Assembly: GCF_009914755.1 (NCBI RefSeq)
Contig: NC_060925.1
Origin: the human T2T-CHM13v2.0 reference genome, Homo sapiens
DNA: 64,000 nt
Reading direction: 5' to 3' (one strand)
Positions within the stretch are counted from its first letter, which is position 1. Each line of letters begins with the position of its first letter. A program made the translations under genes and the position numbers. Positions 11,216 through 24,162 of this stretch are shown here, in pieces. The notes beneath the pieces were generated by a model, which was not told the origin of the DNA, ran no database searches, and saw only the letters and a list, made by a program, of their open reading frames with translations.

Positions 11216-13090
11216 ATATTAGCAAAACAAATCCAGCAAAATATAAAAGTGTAATACTATATAACCAACTGGGGATAATGTCAAGAATGTAGTGTAACAA
11301 TCAAACATCAATCAATATTTATCAGTTAATGGAATTGAATAAAGGAGAAAATTATGATTATTTTAAGAAGCAGAAAAAAGATGAAATGTTAAAATTCAAT
11401 ATTCATAATCATTTATGAGGAAAAATGAAAATAAAATTGTAAGAAAATTTGCTATAAAAGGGAACTTTCTTAATTTTAATGATGCCACCTATAAAAATTT
11501 AGAGTTAATATCATCATAATAATATATTAAATATATTCTGCCTTAAGATTAGAAGGCAAGAACGTCCTCTCTCAGGATTTATATCATTATATTGAATATC
11601 TTAGCAAAAATGATAAGACAATAAATAATTAAAAGCAACATATTAGAAAGAAAGATGTGAAACCATTATTACTCATGAAAGACACAACTGTGTATGAAGA
11701 AAGTCTCAGTAAGCTCTAATAACTGCATTTAGAAAAAGCTACAGTATACAAGTTCAACATACAAACACTCTAGCACTATACTCCAGCCCTAAAACAGTTG
11801 AAAATAAATAGAGGTATCATTTACAATAAAATTAGCGATAATAATATATGTAATGACCCACATTTGACAAAGATGATTAAACTTAACCATAATAGCTTGC
11901 TGAAAAATATAGTTGACATAAATAATTAAAGAGATATTTTTTCTTTCATGCTTGAAAAGACTCAATAAAACTAAAATATAAATTCTCCCCAAAATTGGTC
12001 TATAGATTCAGCTTAACTTAAAAAATATTCCCAAAAGTACTTTTTAAGAAATTGACAAGCTGATTTTAAATTTAGGCAAATATTTTAAGCATATAGAATA
12101 GCCAAAACAGTCTTTAAAATGAACAGTTAAGGAACATATTTGTCTCCATTTCAAAGCTTAACATGAAGTTGCAGTCATTAAGAGAGTGGTATTCAAGAAA
12201 AAAAATAACAGGTCTATGGGACAGGATATAGAGTGCAGAAATAGATCCAGGTGATTTTTTGAAAAGCCATCAAGTCTATTTATTGGTGGATGTAAATTTT
12301 TTCTCTTTCTTTTTCAATAAATGGTGGTAATAAAATAGGACAAACACATAGGGGCAACAATTCTTGACCTCACACCATGAACAGATATTAGAATAAATTA
12401 TAGATATAAATAGAAAAATGTAAAACTTATGAAGTGTTTTTTTTTTTGCTTTGAAATATGCAAATTTTCTTAGGGAGAATAGAAAAATAGTAAACAAATG
12501 GAAGAAAACACTTAAGTTTCACTTCACCAACTTAAACCCTTATGTTTGTCAAAACATAAAAGAAATTTTAAAAACCATCAGAGACTTAGAGAAAACGCTT
12601 TTCTGTCTATTATCTGACAACAACTTGTATCTAGAATACATAAATAATTCCCACACATAAATAACAACTTAGTAAAAAGTTGGACAATAGACTTGAAAAT
12701 ATTTTTAATAATATCACCAAAAAAGATATACAAATTGCCAATAAGCACATGAAAATGTGCTAACAAACTATAGTATACGCAACAACATGGATGAATCTCA
12801 AAAACATTATTCTGAGTGAAAGAAGCCAGATATAAACAGCACGTTTTATAATTCCATTTAGCTGAAGTTCAAGGGTAGATAAAACTGATCTGTAGTCATA
12901 GACAGTCACAAAGTGGTTGCCTATGATCAATGTATATTTTCTGGAAAATGATTATAGATATTTATTGAGGAGATGAAACTGCTGTATCTTTTATTGGGGT
13001 GTTGATTACATGGATAATGCATGTGTTGAAATTAATTGAATTGTACCTTGAGTTCTGAATATTTTATTGCAAGAAATTTTATTTCAATTA
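11216..13090 (+). mobile_element. L1ME-type ORF2 (RT onward) and 3' UTR, highly decayed
   Basis: atattagcaaaacaaatccagcaa (KILANxIQQ region), aattgacaagctgattttaaa, and the L1ME 3' motif acatggatgaatctcaaaaacattattctgagtgaaagaagccaga. Confidence 0.8.
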
Positions 13091-13285
13091 CAAAGATAAT
13101 TTCTGCCCAGATTAATTACATTTGGTAATTAATTACATTGGCTATGTTACCAGTCTGTGAGTATTGGTATTTTGAATAGAGAATGTATTTCCCATACCCG
13201 CAATGGCACAATTTGCAAGCATTCATTTATAATATTACTCCAGTTATTTTACAACCTTGAGGGAAATTTAAACTGTATCTTTTCT

Positions 13286-13681
<396 letters not shown>

Positions 13682-13858
13682 TTATTTTTCAGCCTAATAC
13701 ATAAGGTGATTTAGAAGAAATAAGTAATTTTCTTGATGTACTATAAATAGGTTGTTAAGCTGGCATTTCAACTGAGGCAATGAAAGTCTAGAGCTTGTTC
13801 CATATTCTTTATACATTCTGCCTCCAATAAATGGTAACTGTCAAATGAAAACTATTTT

Positions 13859-14260
13859 TATATTAATCAATTTGTGCTATAACAAAATTCCACAGACTGA
13901 AACTTACAAATAACAGAAATTTAGTTCTCACAGTTCTGGAGACTGAAAACCCAAGATAAATTGCTGGCAGGATTAGTGTTTGGTGAGGGTCCAGTCTGAG
14001 CTTCCAAGTTGTTGCCTTGTTGCTGCATCTTCCACAGGGGAAGCCTACGTCTTCACCATAAGAAAGTCTATAAAGAGCAAGAGAGTGTCCTTTCAACCTC
14101 AAGCCCTTCTCATGAATGAGTGTTAATCTCATTCATGAGAGAAGGGTGGAGACTTCATAATTAAATCACCTCCCAAAGGTCACACCTTTTAATGCTGTTG
14201 AATTGGGGATTAAGTTTCAACAAAAATGTTGAAGGGAACATCATCATTCAAACCATTGAA
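13859..14260 (-). mobile_element. MaLR solo LTR (MLT1A/MSTD-like)
   Basis: acagaaatttagttctcacagttctggagactg...aatcacctcccaaaggtcacacctt...cattcaaaccat. Confidence 0.8.
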
Positions 14261-16827
14261 ATCCTCCATCCCAGTAAGTACCTTTTTCTCTACTCGCAAC
14301 CTGTCAAAATCTTACCTCTTTCTTTATGTCTTCATTCTCAAGCATACTCTTCAAATTTACAATTTCCTTTCTTCTTAATCTGCTATGCTTACTGCCTTTA
14401 CATATAATTGTGTCACTTTATTGCCTCCTACATTATATTTTGCTCTCTATTAATATAGATAATGATAAATTTTCTATTTATACAAAACTTTAAAAAATTT
14501 AAATATCTGAACTCATTATTTACTCCAACTAAATTGTAATATTGAAAATCACAGATTGTTGTATATATTCTAAAGCACGTAGCAGAATGAGATACATAGA
14601 AATTACTAAATTTTGTGAAATATAAAAATACTGTCAAAAAAATGATGTCAATTCACATCATGATTTATTTGAACAAATTATGAATAGCAGAAAAAATATG
14701 TAAATCATTTACTTACAACTGTAGATAAATGCTAATATTTAATTGGGCATTTTGCCAACATTTAGTATTTTATAATTTACAGTTATTACAGATCTAAGAG
14801 CAAAATATTTTTTGGTTACAAGAGTAAGCAGATTGACTCATGCTATTTTTCTTCATTCCATCTATGTGCCTTACTGTATAAGCAAAAAATACCCTCTTTG
14901 GATGTCAGAGAAATAACATGAATAAAAAGCCATTAGCTATAGCTTTTCCAAATGTATAATAGACTGGGATTATGAAACCAACAAAACATCTGTTTTTTCC
15001 TGTGAGGATCTGACAAGTTCAACTTTAGTTGTAGTGGTCTGCTATTAGATACAATTACAGTCTGTACTGATTCCGCATGCCATCTGTCATGGTGAAACTG
15101 CATTAACTCATCATTTAATTCTGTGCCCTTTTCAATTTGTGCCCTTTAATGTTAACTTCACAAAACTGTTCTAGCCATTTTTAAAATACTATGTAATAAC
15201 CTCTCCATGTAGTATGTAACAATGAGATGTATTCACTTGAGGGAGAAAAAAATCTTTATGTGTAATAAATATGGCTTCTTTATTGACTGCTAGATATTTT
15301 CTCCTTTGTCTTCTCACAACCCTCAACAAAAGACAAAAAATATTGACCTGCCCTAAGATCAAGTCACATGCCTATTTCTAGAGTATTCCTAGAGAGATAG
15401 TGTGTTTGCCTCCTTAGTCTACTCAGTTTCTGTTTGATTACATCATATATACATTAACTCCCTCCTTTCCGTGTTCTTAAATGCTGTTACACTTACTGTT
15501 ACACATAACATTTATTAATCTTATGGCAGATATGATATCATTTCTTTTACTGTAAATTTTTTGAGTGGCATGTTTTGTTTCTATATGGAAATATAAGCTC
15601 CTAGAAGTCACTGGTCATCTTTGCCAGAGTCAGACATAGACCCTTGTTCTTAACAAGCATATATTGAATAATGAAGAGTAATTTATAGAGGAAACCCATT
15701 TAATTATAGGTGACTATAATGGGTTAATCACAAAAAGGTAAACAATCTGACTAGATACAGATATATTTATGGAAATTGATAAATGAAATCCAACAGCATA
15801 GCAATTTACAGAAACACAGGTGTTCGGGATAAAATTTCATGGGAGAATGCTCCTTCTGAAATATTTTTTTAAAATAAACACTGTTCTGCCTAATAATATT
15901 GTGATATTCCATATTTATTATTATGAAATGTGAAAGTGCTCTAGAAAGGACAAGAACACCAACCAAAGACAGACTAGGTGTCAGCTGATATCTTGCATTT
16001 TGAATTTATTGAGTGCTTCACTGCTTTAGTGATGTATAGAATTTATACCTGTATTCAAGTCACTGTTACTATATTGAATACTAAAAATAGTGGGAGGCAA
16101 ATTTATGTTGTTTTTGTAGCATGCTAGATACAAAGGTTTATAGCATTTTTTTCCTGAAATTATGTACCTGTCACATAAATAAATTTGACAAAGAAAATGT
16201 GTGAAACTATTGACAGCACTGATAGCTAGTGATTTTACATGATTTAGCTTCTGTCACCTCATGAGCTAAATAATGTTATTTTAGCTCCTTGTCATAGTAG
16301 TATATCTTCTTAAGTTGATAGTTACTTTCTTATAAATATACCATTTTTTGTCTTTATTAAGAAACCATATTAAGCTGATATTTTAAATAATTGTTCATTT
16401 AACTGTTTAATAAAAAACTGCTTGTGCTGTTTAATAGAAAGCAGTTAAAGTGGACAATTATTTCTATTAAAAGCTTTCTGTTTTCTATTATTTCTATTAA
16501 ATAGGTGTCTATGAATCAAATCAATGATGTATTAGATATCAATTGGTAACAAAGATAAAAAGTCTACATTGACAACATTTTTAAAAAGGAGTATATTAAA
16601 ATGAGCACATATTTTTACTACATATTTTTACCATAAAAATTAGTATATTACCAGTATTTTTTAAAACATCCATATAAATACTCCCATGTTTTCAAGAGCA
16701 ATTTTTGCAAACTTTTTATTTCACTAAACCTTGATTGTTCTACAAGAATGAACTCATTTTTCTACAACAAACCCAATACTGCTCTTCCAGATTTCATATT
16801 TTCATCATGAAAATAAACTCTTTCTTT

Positions 16828-16898
16828 CTCTCTCTATATATATGTATATATTTATATGTATATATTTATACACACATTTATATGTGTATGTGTGTGTG
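16828..16898. repeat. (TC)/(TA)/(TG) compound low-complexity tract
   Basis: ctctctctatatatatgtatata...atgtgtgtgtg seen directly. Confidence 0.8.
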
Positions 16899-17008
16899 GG
16901 ATGTATACATGCTTAATTTGATTTTTCCTTAGTATTATAATAAACAAGGAATTTAGGTTAAAAATGCTTATGTAATTAAAAAAATTATTCAGTGTGTAAA
17001 ATTAATGG

Positions 17009-17291
17009 TTTTTGTTTGTTTTTTGGGATGGGTGTCCCTCTGTCACCCAGGCTGGAGTGCAGTGGAGCAATCATGGCTCACTATAGCCTCTGCCTCCTGG
17101 GGAGGCCTCCCCTCCTCAGCCTCCCGAAGCTGAGGTGCCCACCTGGCTTGGCTAATTTTTTATTTTTTATTTTTTAGAAGAGACAGGATCTCACCAACTC
17201 AGGCTTTTCTCAAACTCCTGGGATCAAGTGATCCCCCTGCCTCAGCTTCCCAAAGAGCTAGGATTACAGGCACGAGCCACCATGCCCAGCT
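17009..17291 (-). mobile_element. AluJ, diverged with small internal deletions
   Basis: cccaggctggagtgcagtggagcaatcatggctcactatagcctc and ctcaaactcctgggatcaagtgatcc are AluJ-type. Confidence 0.9.
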
Positions 17292-18799
17292 AAAATTATT
17301 ATTTAAGTATATTGATGATGTATAATATAATTACATGCAATCTTATAACATTTAGGAACTTTGAGCTTATAGTTAATAAATATATAATTATAATGATCTA
17401 ACATAAAGAAGTTTATAAAATATAAAGAAAAATAACTATTATCATAATACCTTGTGTTTTTATATGATAAAAAGTCTAAGAAAAATACACTTTAATTATT
17501 ATTTGCCTTTACTGAACCAAGCTAAAAAAAGATATAATTCAAATGCCATTAGAAAATAGTTTTAGTATATGTTATGACTAAGCCTTATATTTATCTTTAT
17601 AGATTTATAAAATAATTTTTTTGTCTTTCTAATTTAGAGGAGTGAGTATTATGCTAGGATTTATAGTTGTGTTCCTCAACTGCCACAACTAAGCAGTCAA
17701 GCTATTTTTCAAATGACTAAACAAATAGAGTATTTTGTCAACCTATAATATAGTTTAGTCAGCAAAGGTTAGAACTGAGATGGGGAAATTAGTAATTTTA
17801 TTTATTAGTTTCCACATTGAAATTTTATGTTAAATCTACTTCCTGATTCAGTTCCCAAATAGAAATATCATCAGAAAAAAAGAAATTTTTATGTGTACAA
17901 ATTAAGATAAAATAATCTTATGATCAAATACTTTTCTTTGAAGTTCACTGTTACATGACACTAAATTGCAGTTGAGTTAAACTTCAGTTCAACATGCAAA
18001 CTTTGAAAAAAATATGGCTTAAATCTTATCTCATAGTTTGCTATAAAGGAAAATTCATTTATGAACCATCTAATGTCACATGTAAAATATTCTTCTATTA
18101 TTTGATCTTCAATATTAAAAATTCATCTTTCTATAATTACTTCTTGCCAAGAAATTGCAATGATATTCACATAATACCTGAAGTAGATTATATCCTATGG
18201 GCATAAGAAAGAATGCCAAGTGACTCAACTAGAGTGTTGCTAAACTGTTCCCCAACTTAATGAGGAATGAGTTCTGAATAAATGTGTATCATATGTTTCT
18301 ATAATTCCCAATAACCTTCCTCATCAGTATGTTAAGTTTCAAAAATTCATAGTGTCCTCTTAAAACAAATAAATTAGGTCCTTTGGTCACTTGTATTCAT
18401 ATTTGCTAACTTTCTAAAATGTGACACTAAATTGAAAAGATCTAAATTATTTTAAGAAAACATATTTCAGCCTTGGACAAAATACAAAATTGAGACCTTT
18501 GAAATGTTATTTAGTATAAATTAAATATTATACAAATATAATTATAGAAATATGTCTATTTGGATACGAGCCCTATATGATTTTGTTGTCACTGCTTTAT
18601 AACAAAAAAAAAAAAAAAACATGGAGATTGCAAAGGATTCTATAGGTAACTTTCAACACCAATTCTACTGTGTTGTTTTATTGTCATTAGCCACATGGGT
18701 TTCTCACATGTGACTTAGCTGGGGTACACACACTATTAATTCTTAAGTCACACCTGTTTATGAGGAGTTAAATGAGAAAGAGGTAAAGTGAAAAATTTG

Positions 18800-18976
18800 T
18801 TAACATTTATTTAGCATCTACCATTTTCCATGCAATGTGTAAGAAAATTATATATGCCTAGCCTCATTTATTCTATGCAGCAAATGCGGTTAGAATTCAT
18901 ATATACCTTATATAGGGACACAATTACATCATAAAAGTCATGGTACTTAGTAGCCAAGCTGAAATTCGTAACAGGC
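18800..18976 (-). mobile_element. MIR fragment interrupted by MLT1 (resumes ~19516-19540)
   Basis: taacatttatttagcatctacc...ctcatttattct...gtagccaagctgaaattcgtaacaggc, continuing after the LTR as ctggcctaattccaaatcc. Confidence 0.5.
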
Positions 18977-19515
18977 AGTATTAGCTTTCCAGTGCTGCAA
19001 AGCAATATTACTACAAACTTAATGTCCTAAACAACACATATTTATCTCACAGTTGTTCTGGGTCACAAGTCTGGGCACAATTTAGATACATTTTTTGTAT
19101 CCAGGTTGACAAAGCTGTAAGCCAAGTGTTGACTGGAGTTTTGGTCTCATCTGTGGCTTGATTGGGAAAAGGATCTGCTTCCAAACTCATGTGGTTATAG
19201 ACAGCATTCGGCTTCTTGTGGGCTACTTGAGTGAGGGCTTTAGTTTCTTGCTGGCTGTTGGTTGGAGGTCTCTCCTTCATGTGGCAGCATACTACATGAC
19301 AGATTGCTTCTTTATAGCAGCTAATAAAAGATAATTTCCTAGCTAAGTGGGTTACAATTGCATGTAAAATAATTATGTACACACGTAAACTTCTTTACGA
19401 TATTCTATTGGATAGAAGCAAGTCACAGGGCCTGTCTACATTCAAAGGGAAGAGATTACACAAGGGTGTGAACACCAAAAAGTGGGGATTATGGAGGCTA
19501 TTCTTTACATCATAC
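18977..19515 (-). mobile_element. MLT1E/F-type MaLR solo LTR
   Basis: gatctgcttccaaactcatgtggtt...ttcttgctggctgttggttggagg...tattctattggatagaagcaagtcacag...attcaaagggaagagattacacaagggtgtgaacacca. Confidence 0.85.
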
Positions 19516-20071
19516 TGGCCTAATTCCAAATCCTGAGATACAGGCATATTATAAAGTTGTCTCACTTCACTGAACCTCCAGATGAACTATTATTGGGACA
19601 CAGATTAGATAGCCTGCCTATAAAGGTAAGATACAAACTGAGAGAGATAGTCTTTCCTTCTGGGATATATTTCATAATACACAGACAGAAAATAATTTAT
19701 TTTCTTTTTGAATCAAATATATAAAGTAGCCAGAACACAAGCAAATAAATTAACAATAGTAGAATTTAAATGAATGCATAATGGCTAGAAAGATGGATAA
19801 TAAAAACAGTGAAGCTAATCAGAGAAAATTCAAATAAGGAAGATATTATTGCAAAATTTTTGGAAATGGGTAATGGTTTTAACTTCAAGAAAACAAATTA
19901 TCTAGATGGGGCAGTGGAGTCAGATTTGATTTAAACTTTTCTTTTTCCTGTTTTTTTTTTTTTTTAAGTGATGAGAGTAAGTTTACATTTTACTAAAAAA
20001 TAAATACAGGTTCTGTAGCAGTGAAAAGGCTTGTAATTGAAAATTTACTTTGGTCTCCATGTGGAAGATAA

Positions 20072-20401
<330 letters not shown>

Positions 20402-22009
20402 TGATATTTAGTTTTTGAAGAAGAGAGACAGGAGGTAGAATATCACCAAGTTGCATACTATGTAAAAGGGCACTATTATACTAAATGATAATAGCACAAT
20501 AATTGGGGTTAATTCTAGGTTTCACCATACTAGGAAGATGAAATTAGTTAGGAGTACCAAGTACAGAAGAAAATGTAATGAATTTAAAAGCATTCTGAAG
20601 AGAGCTGATGAAACTCTAATGTCCTCCAAAGCAGGAACCTATCTTTGTCATTATGTCATAGTCAAAATCTCATATTGCCTGAAACAATCAGATATATCCA
20701 ACAGATATATGATGAATCTATAGGGACACTTGTCTCCTTCAAAGTGCCAGACTCCAGAACATTCTGGAAATGGATAAGTAGGCATCATAGCTCACAAGAT
20801 AAAGACTTAGTCTCACAATTTTAGAATTTAGTTTATCCCTGAAAGGTTCAAACCTTGAAAAATATGTATGATATAAAATGCCTATATACATGTAATCACT
20901 TGCATTTTATGTCACTATAGAGATGCAGATATATAGATAATATACACATACACACACACATACATACACTTAAGTAAAAAGTAAGTGAGAGAAAAAGGCT
21001 TCTAACTCTCGGTTTGCATTCTGGTTTTCTAATTTGACATGCATACATCTGCTTTATCTCTATTCTTTGCTTGATTACTCCATTGCTTATTAAATTTTAC
21101 TGAGAAACTTTGCATGGGTACAATAACATGGTTGTGCTGATTTCTGGAGAACACAGGAATAAAGTGCTGCAAAAGCTAAAACAATGTTTTTCCTCAGTGT
21201 GTATTAATTCCGTTTTCTTTGGTTGTTGGTGGAGTTGGGTGTTTTTTGATTGCTTTTTATGTTCGTGATCCCTAGTCTACAAATAAAGGTCAAAATTATA
21301 TCCAGCGGGGTCCCATTTTCTGTGGACTCAAGTAGATAAAGATCCATTTATAAGGGAAGATCAGATCTGCTCTAGATAAGCTAACGAACTTCTAATGAAA
21401 TGAATGATGTAAAAGGCATTATCTTTAGAATCTCAAGAGGAAACTCATAAATGTGAATTTTATGGGTTAAAAACAACGTTTCATAACTGCTAAATGACAT
21501 TTGTATTACCAGCACTTGACAATTATTTATTCAGTGTTAACAGCTTTTCTGATGCAGAATTATCAGCTCTAGGAAAATGGAGCCTAGATCTCTCAAAGGA
21601 TATGAGATTAAGCTATATAAATAGATCATACCACAACCCACCATCCCACAGGGACTGAATCAGCAACAACTAGCATGCCAATAAGTAGGTTCTAATTCAA
21701 GGATATACCCTTTGACAGTTGTAATTTTATTATTATAAGCAACTTCATATCTAATAATAATCCCAAAATTCCCCATCCCAACTAGGGGAGAAAATATAAA
21801 CAATTGAAATGATAAAGAGAAAGAATACTAATTATACTTTAGTGTTTGTGTGTGTGTATATATATATACATGTATTACATATATATGTATAATATCAAAA
21901 TAATACAGCATAATACTATCATGGACATTATTGCATCCAAACATGCAGCGTAAAAAGTAGAACATTCATAATATATTTGCATCTACCAATATGCAATCAA
22001 TCTACGTTT

Positions 22010-22920
22010 AATCTACCTACTCTCCTTCCTCTGAGGCCAACACTATCCTGACTTTCATGTTTATTTTTCTGTTACGTCTGGAAAATACTTGTATTATTTA
22101 TGTCTTCTGTTTGCAATTGAATGTTACCAAAATAGTTTCATAATATATATAATTTTGAGAACCCTGACTTTCACATTCAATATTTTGCTCCTGTGATTTA
22201 TTCATGCAGCATGCAACTGTGGTTAATTCATTTTTCCTCCTGTAAGATATTCTCTTCTGTGGACATGCCAAAATGTATTCTTCTATTGATGGATATCTGT
22301 TTCCAGTTTACTTACTATTACAAACAATGCTGTTGATAATTTGTTTGCATATATCAAAACTTTACCTGTTGTAATAGGATTATAATGCTTAATAGTAGAA
22401 TATGCAAGTAGTTTTTTTATAATAGTCCCAAACTATTTTCTAAATTGGTTGTATAACTATACACTTCAACAACATATGAGCATTCGTTGTTCCCTTATCC
22501 TTGCCAACAATTGTTATTGTAAGAATCCTTAATTTTTGTAAAATTGTGGTTGCAGAAATGATTTTACATTGAGTATTACTTGTCTTATTTTCACATTTGA
22601 TACATTTATAATGGTTAGAAATAGTTTCACCCTTCCCACTTGATATTTGATTTTTTTTTCTTACTGATGTGTATTGTTTTATATAGTTTGGGTAGAAACT
22701 TCATCATCTATAGAGATTACAGAAGTCTATCCTCAAATTTCACCTTCTATCTCATTTTCTTTCAGTGTCTTTTGATGAAAAGGGATTGATTATTATGTTT
22801 GAATTTAACTTTCTCATGTTTTTGGTTTTGCACTTTTTCTGTTTTATTTAATAAATCTAACCTAACCCTAATTCATTTAGATATTCTCCTGAATCATCTT
22901 GTAATAATTTTAAAGATTTG
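22010..22920 (-). mobile_element. L1ME 3' region, decayed
   Basis: ttctattgatggatatctgtttccagttt...tattacaaacaatgctg...ccaaactattttctaaattggttgtata...tccttgccaaca. Confidence 0.75.
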
Positions 22921-23817
22921 TTCATATATATATATATGTATATATACATATATGAGCAAGTTACAGTTTGCTTGATACCCCCAAAACATGAAAGAACCAG
23001 ACATATAGGTTTTGTCAGAAGTGCTCCTGGATAAGGGGAGATCATTGCTGAAATACTAGAATAGTCCACCCGCTCAAGTACCAGAAAGGAGGACAGTCAG
23101 ATCTCAGTCAGATGAAAGTAGGGAGAATGGCAATGGCCAGAAACCCGTGCGTTGCCGTTGTTACCGTATTAATGAGATTTAAAAAGAGGGAAAATTATTT
23201 TTCAAGATATACATATATACGACATTCTTTCCAGTCAAATGAGACTTGCATTTCTATTAAAACTTGTCCTATAGTTGTTTCCATTAAAAAAATCTAATTA
23301 TCTGATTATTCCCTTCATTTGAGCAATTTACCAAGCTCTTTGCCTGATTTTCAAGTTTTTGTGTGAACTTACAATATTCTTCTGAGAATACATATAGGTT
23401 ACACTCAGATATTAACAACATTCTTTCAATTTTTTTGATTAAATTTTCTCTTTACACTTCTAATTGAGTTCTACCACTTCAAATATTGAATTTCTCTAAC
23501 AAGCTTTATCTTTTATTATTTTTTCTAGGAAATACCATATAATTCATATTGTTCCATCACACTTTATTTGGAAGTACTAACTGAAATATGATGGAAACCT
23601 ATCATTTCATCTGTCATGTAAATCCAGTAATTTATTCTTTCAGTATTTTTTATTATTGAACGTACTCCTTTCCTTGGTAGTACAAGTGAGTTATTACAAC
23701 ATAAAAGGAAGTTCAAGCAATATACAGAACTACAAGAAAGAAAGTAAACATCACCCCGAATCACATTATAATGTAGTAACACAGTTACCACTGTTTGTGT
23801 GTGTAGTTGTGTGTATA

Positions 23818-24162
23818 TAGTCGTGCATCACATAATTATGTTTTGGTGAACAATGGGCCACATATACTATGGTGGTCTCATAAGATTATAATGCTATAGT
23901 TTTATGGTACCTTTTCTATGTTTAGATATGTTTAGACACACAAATACTTACCACTGTGTTACAATTGGCCACAGTATCCAATACGGTAACATGCTGTATA
24001 AGTTTGTAGCCTAAGAACAATAGGCTATACCATATAGCCTGGGTGAATTAGTAGGCTATACTATCTAGGTTTGCAGAAGTACACTCTTTAAAGTTCAAAT
24101 GACAAATTTAACTAAGGACATACTTTTCAGAATGGATCCTATTGTTATGAAATTCATAACTA
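23818..24162 (+). mobile_element. Tigger3a (MER7) DNA transposon MITE inside an old L1ME fragment
   Basis: ggtggtctcataagattataat...taccttttctatgtttagatatgtttagacacacaaatacttacc...aataggctataccatatagcct; degenerate TIRs. Confidence 0.9.
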
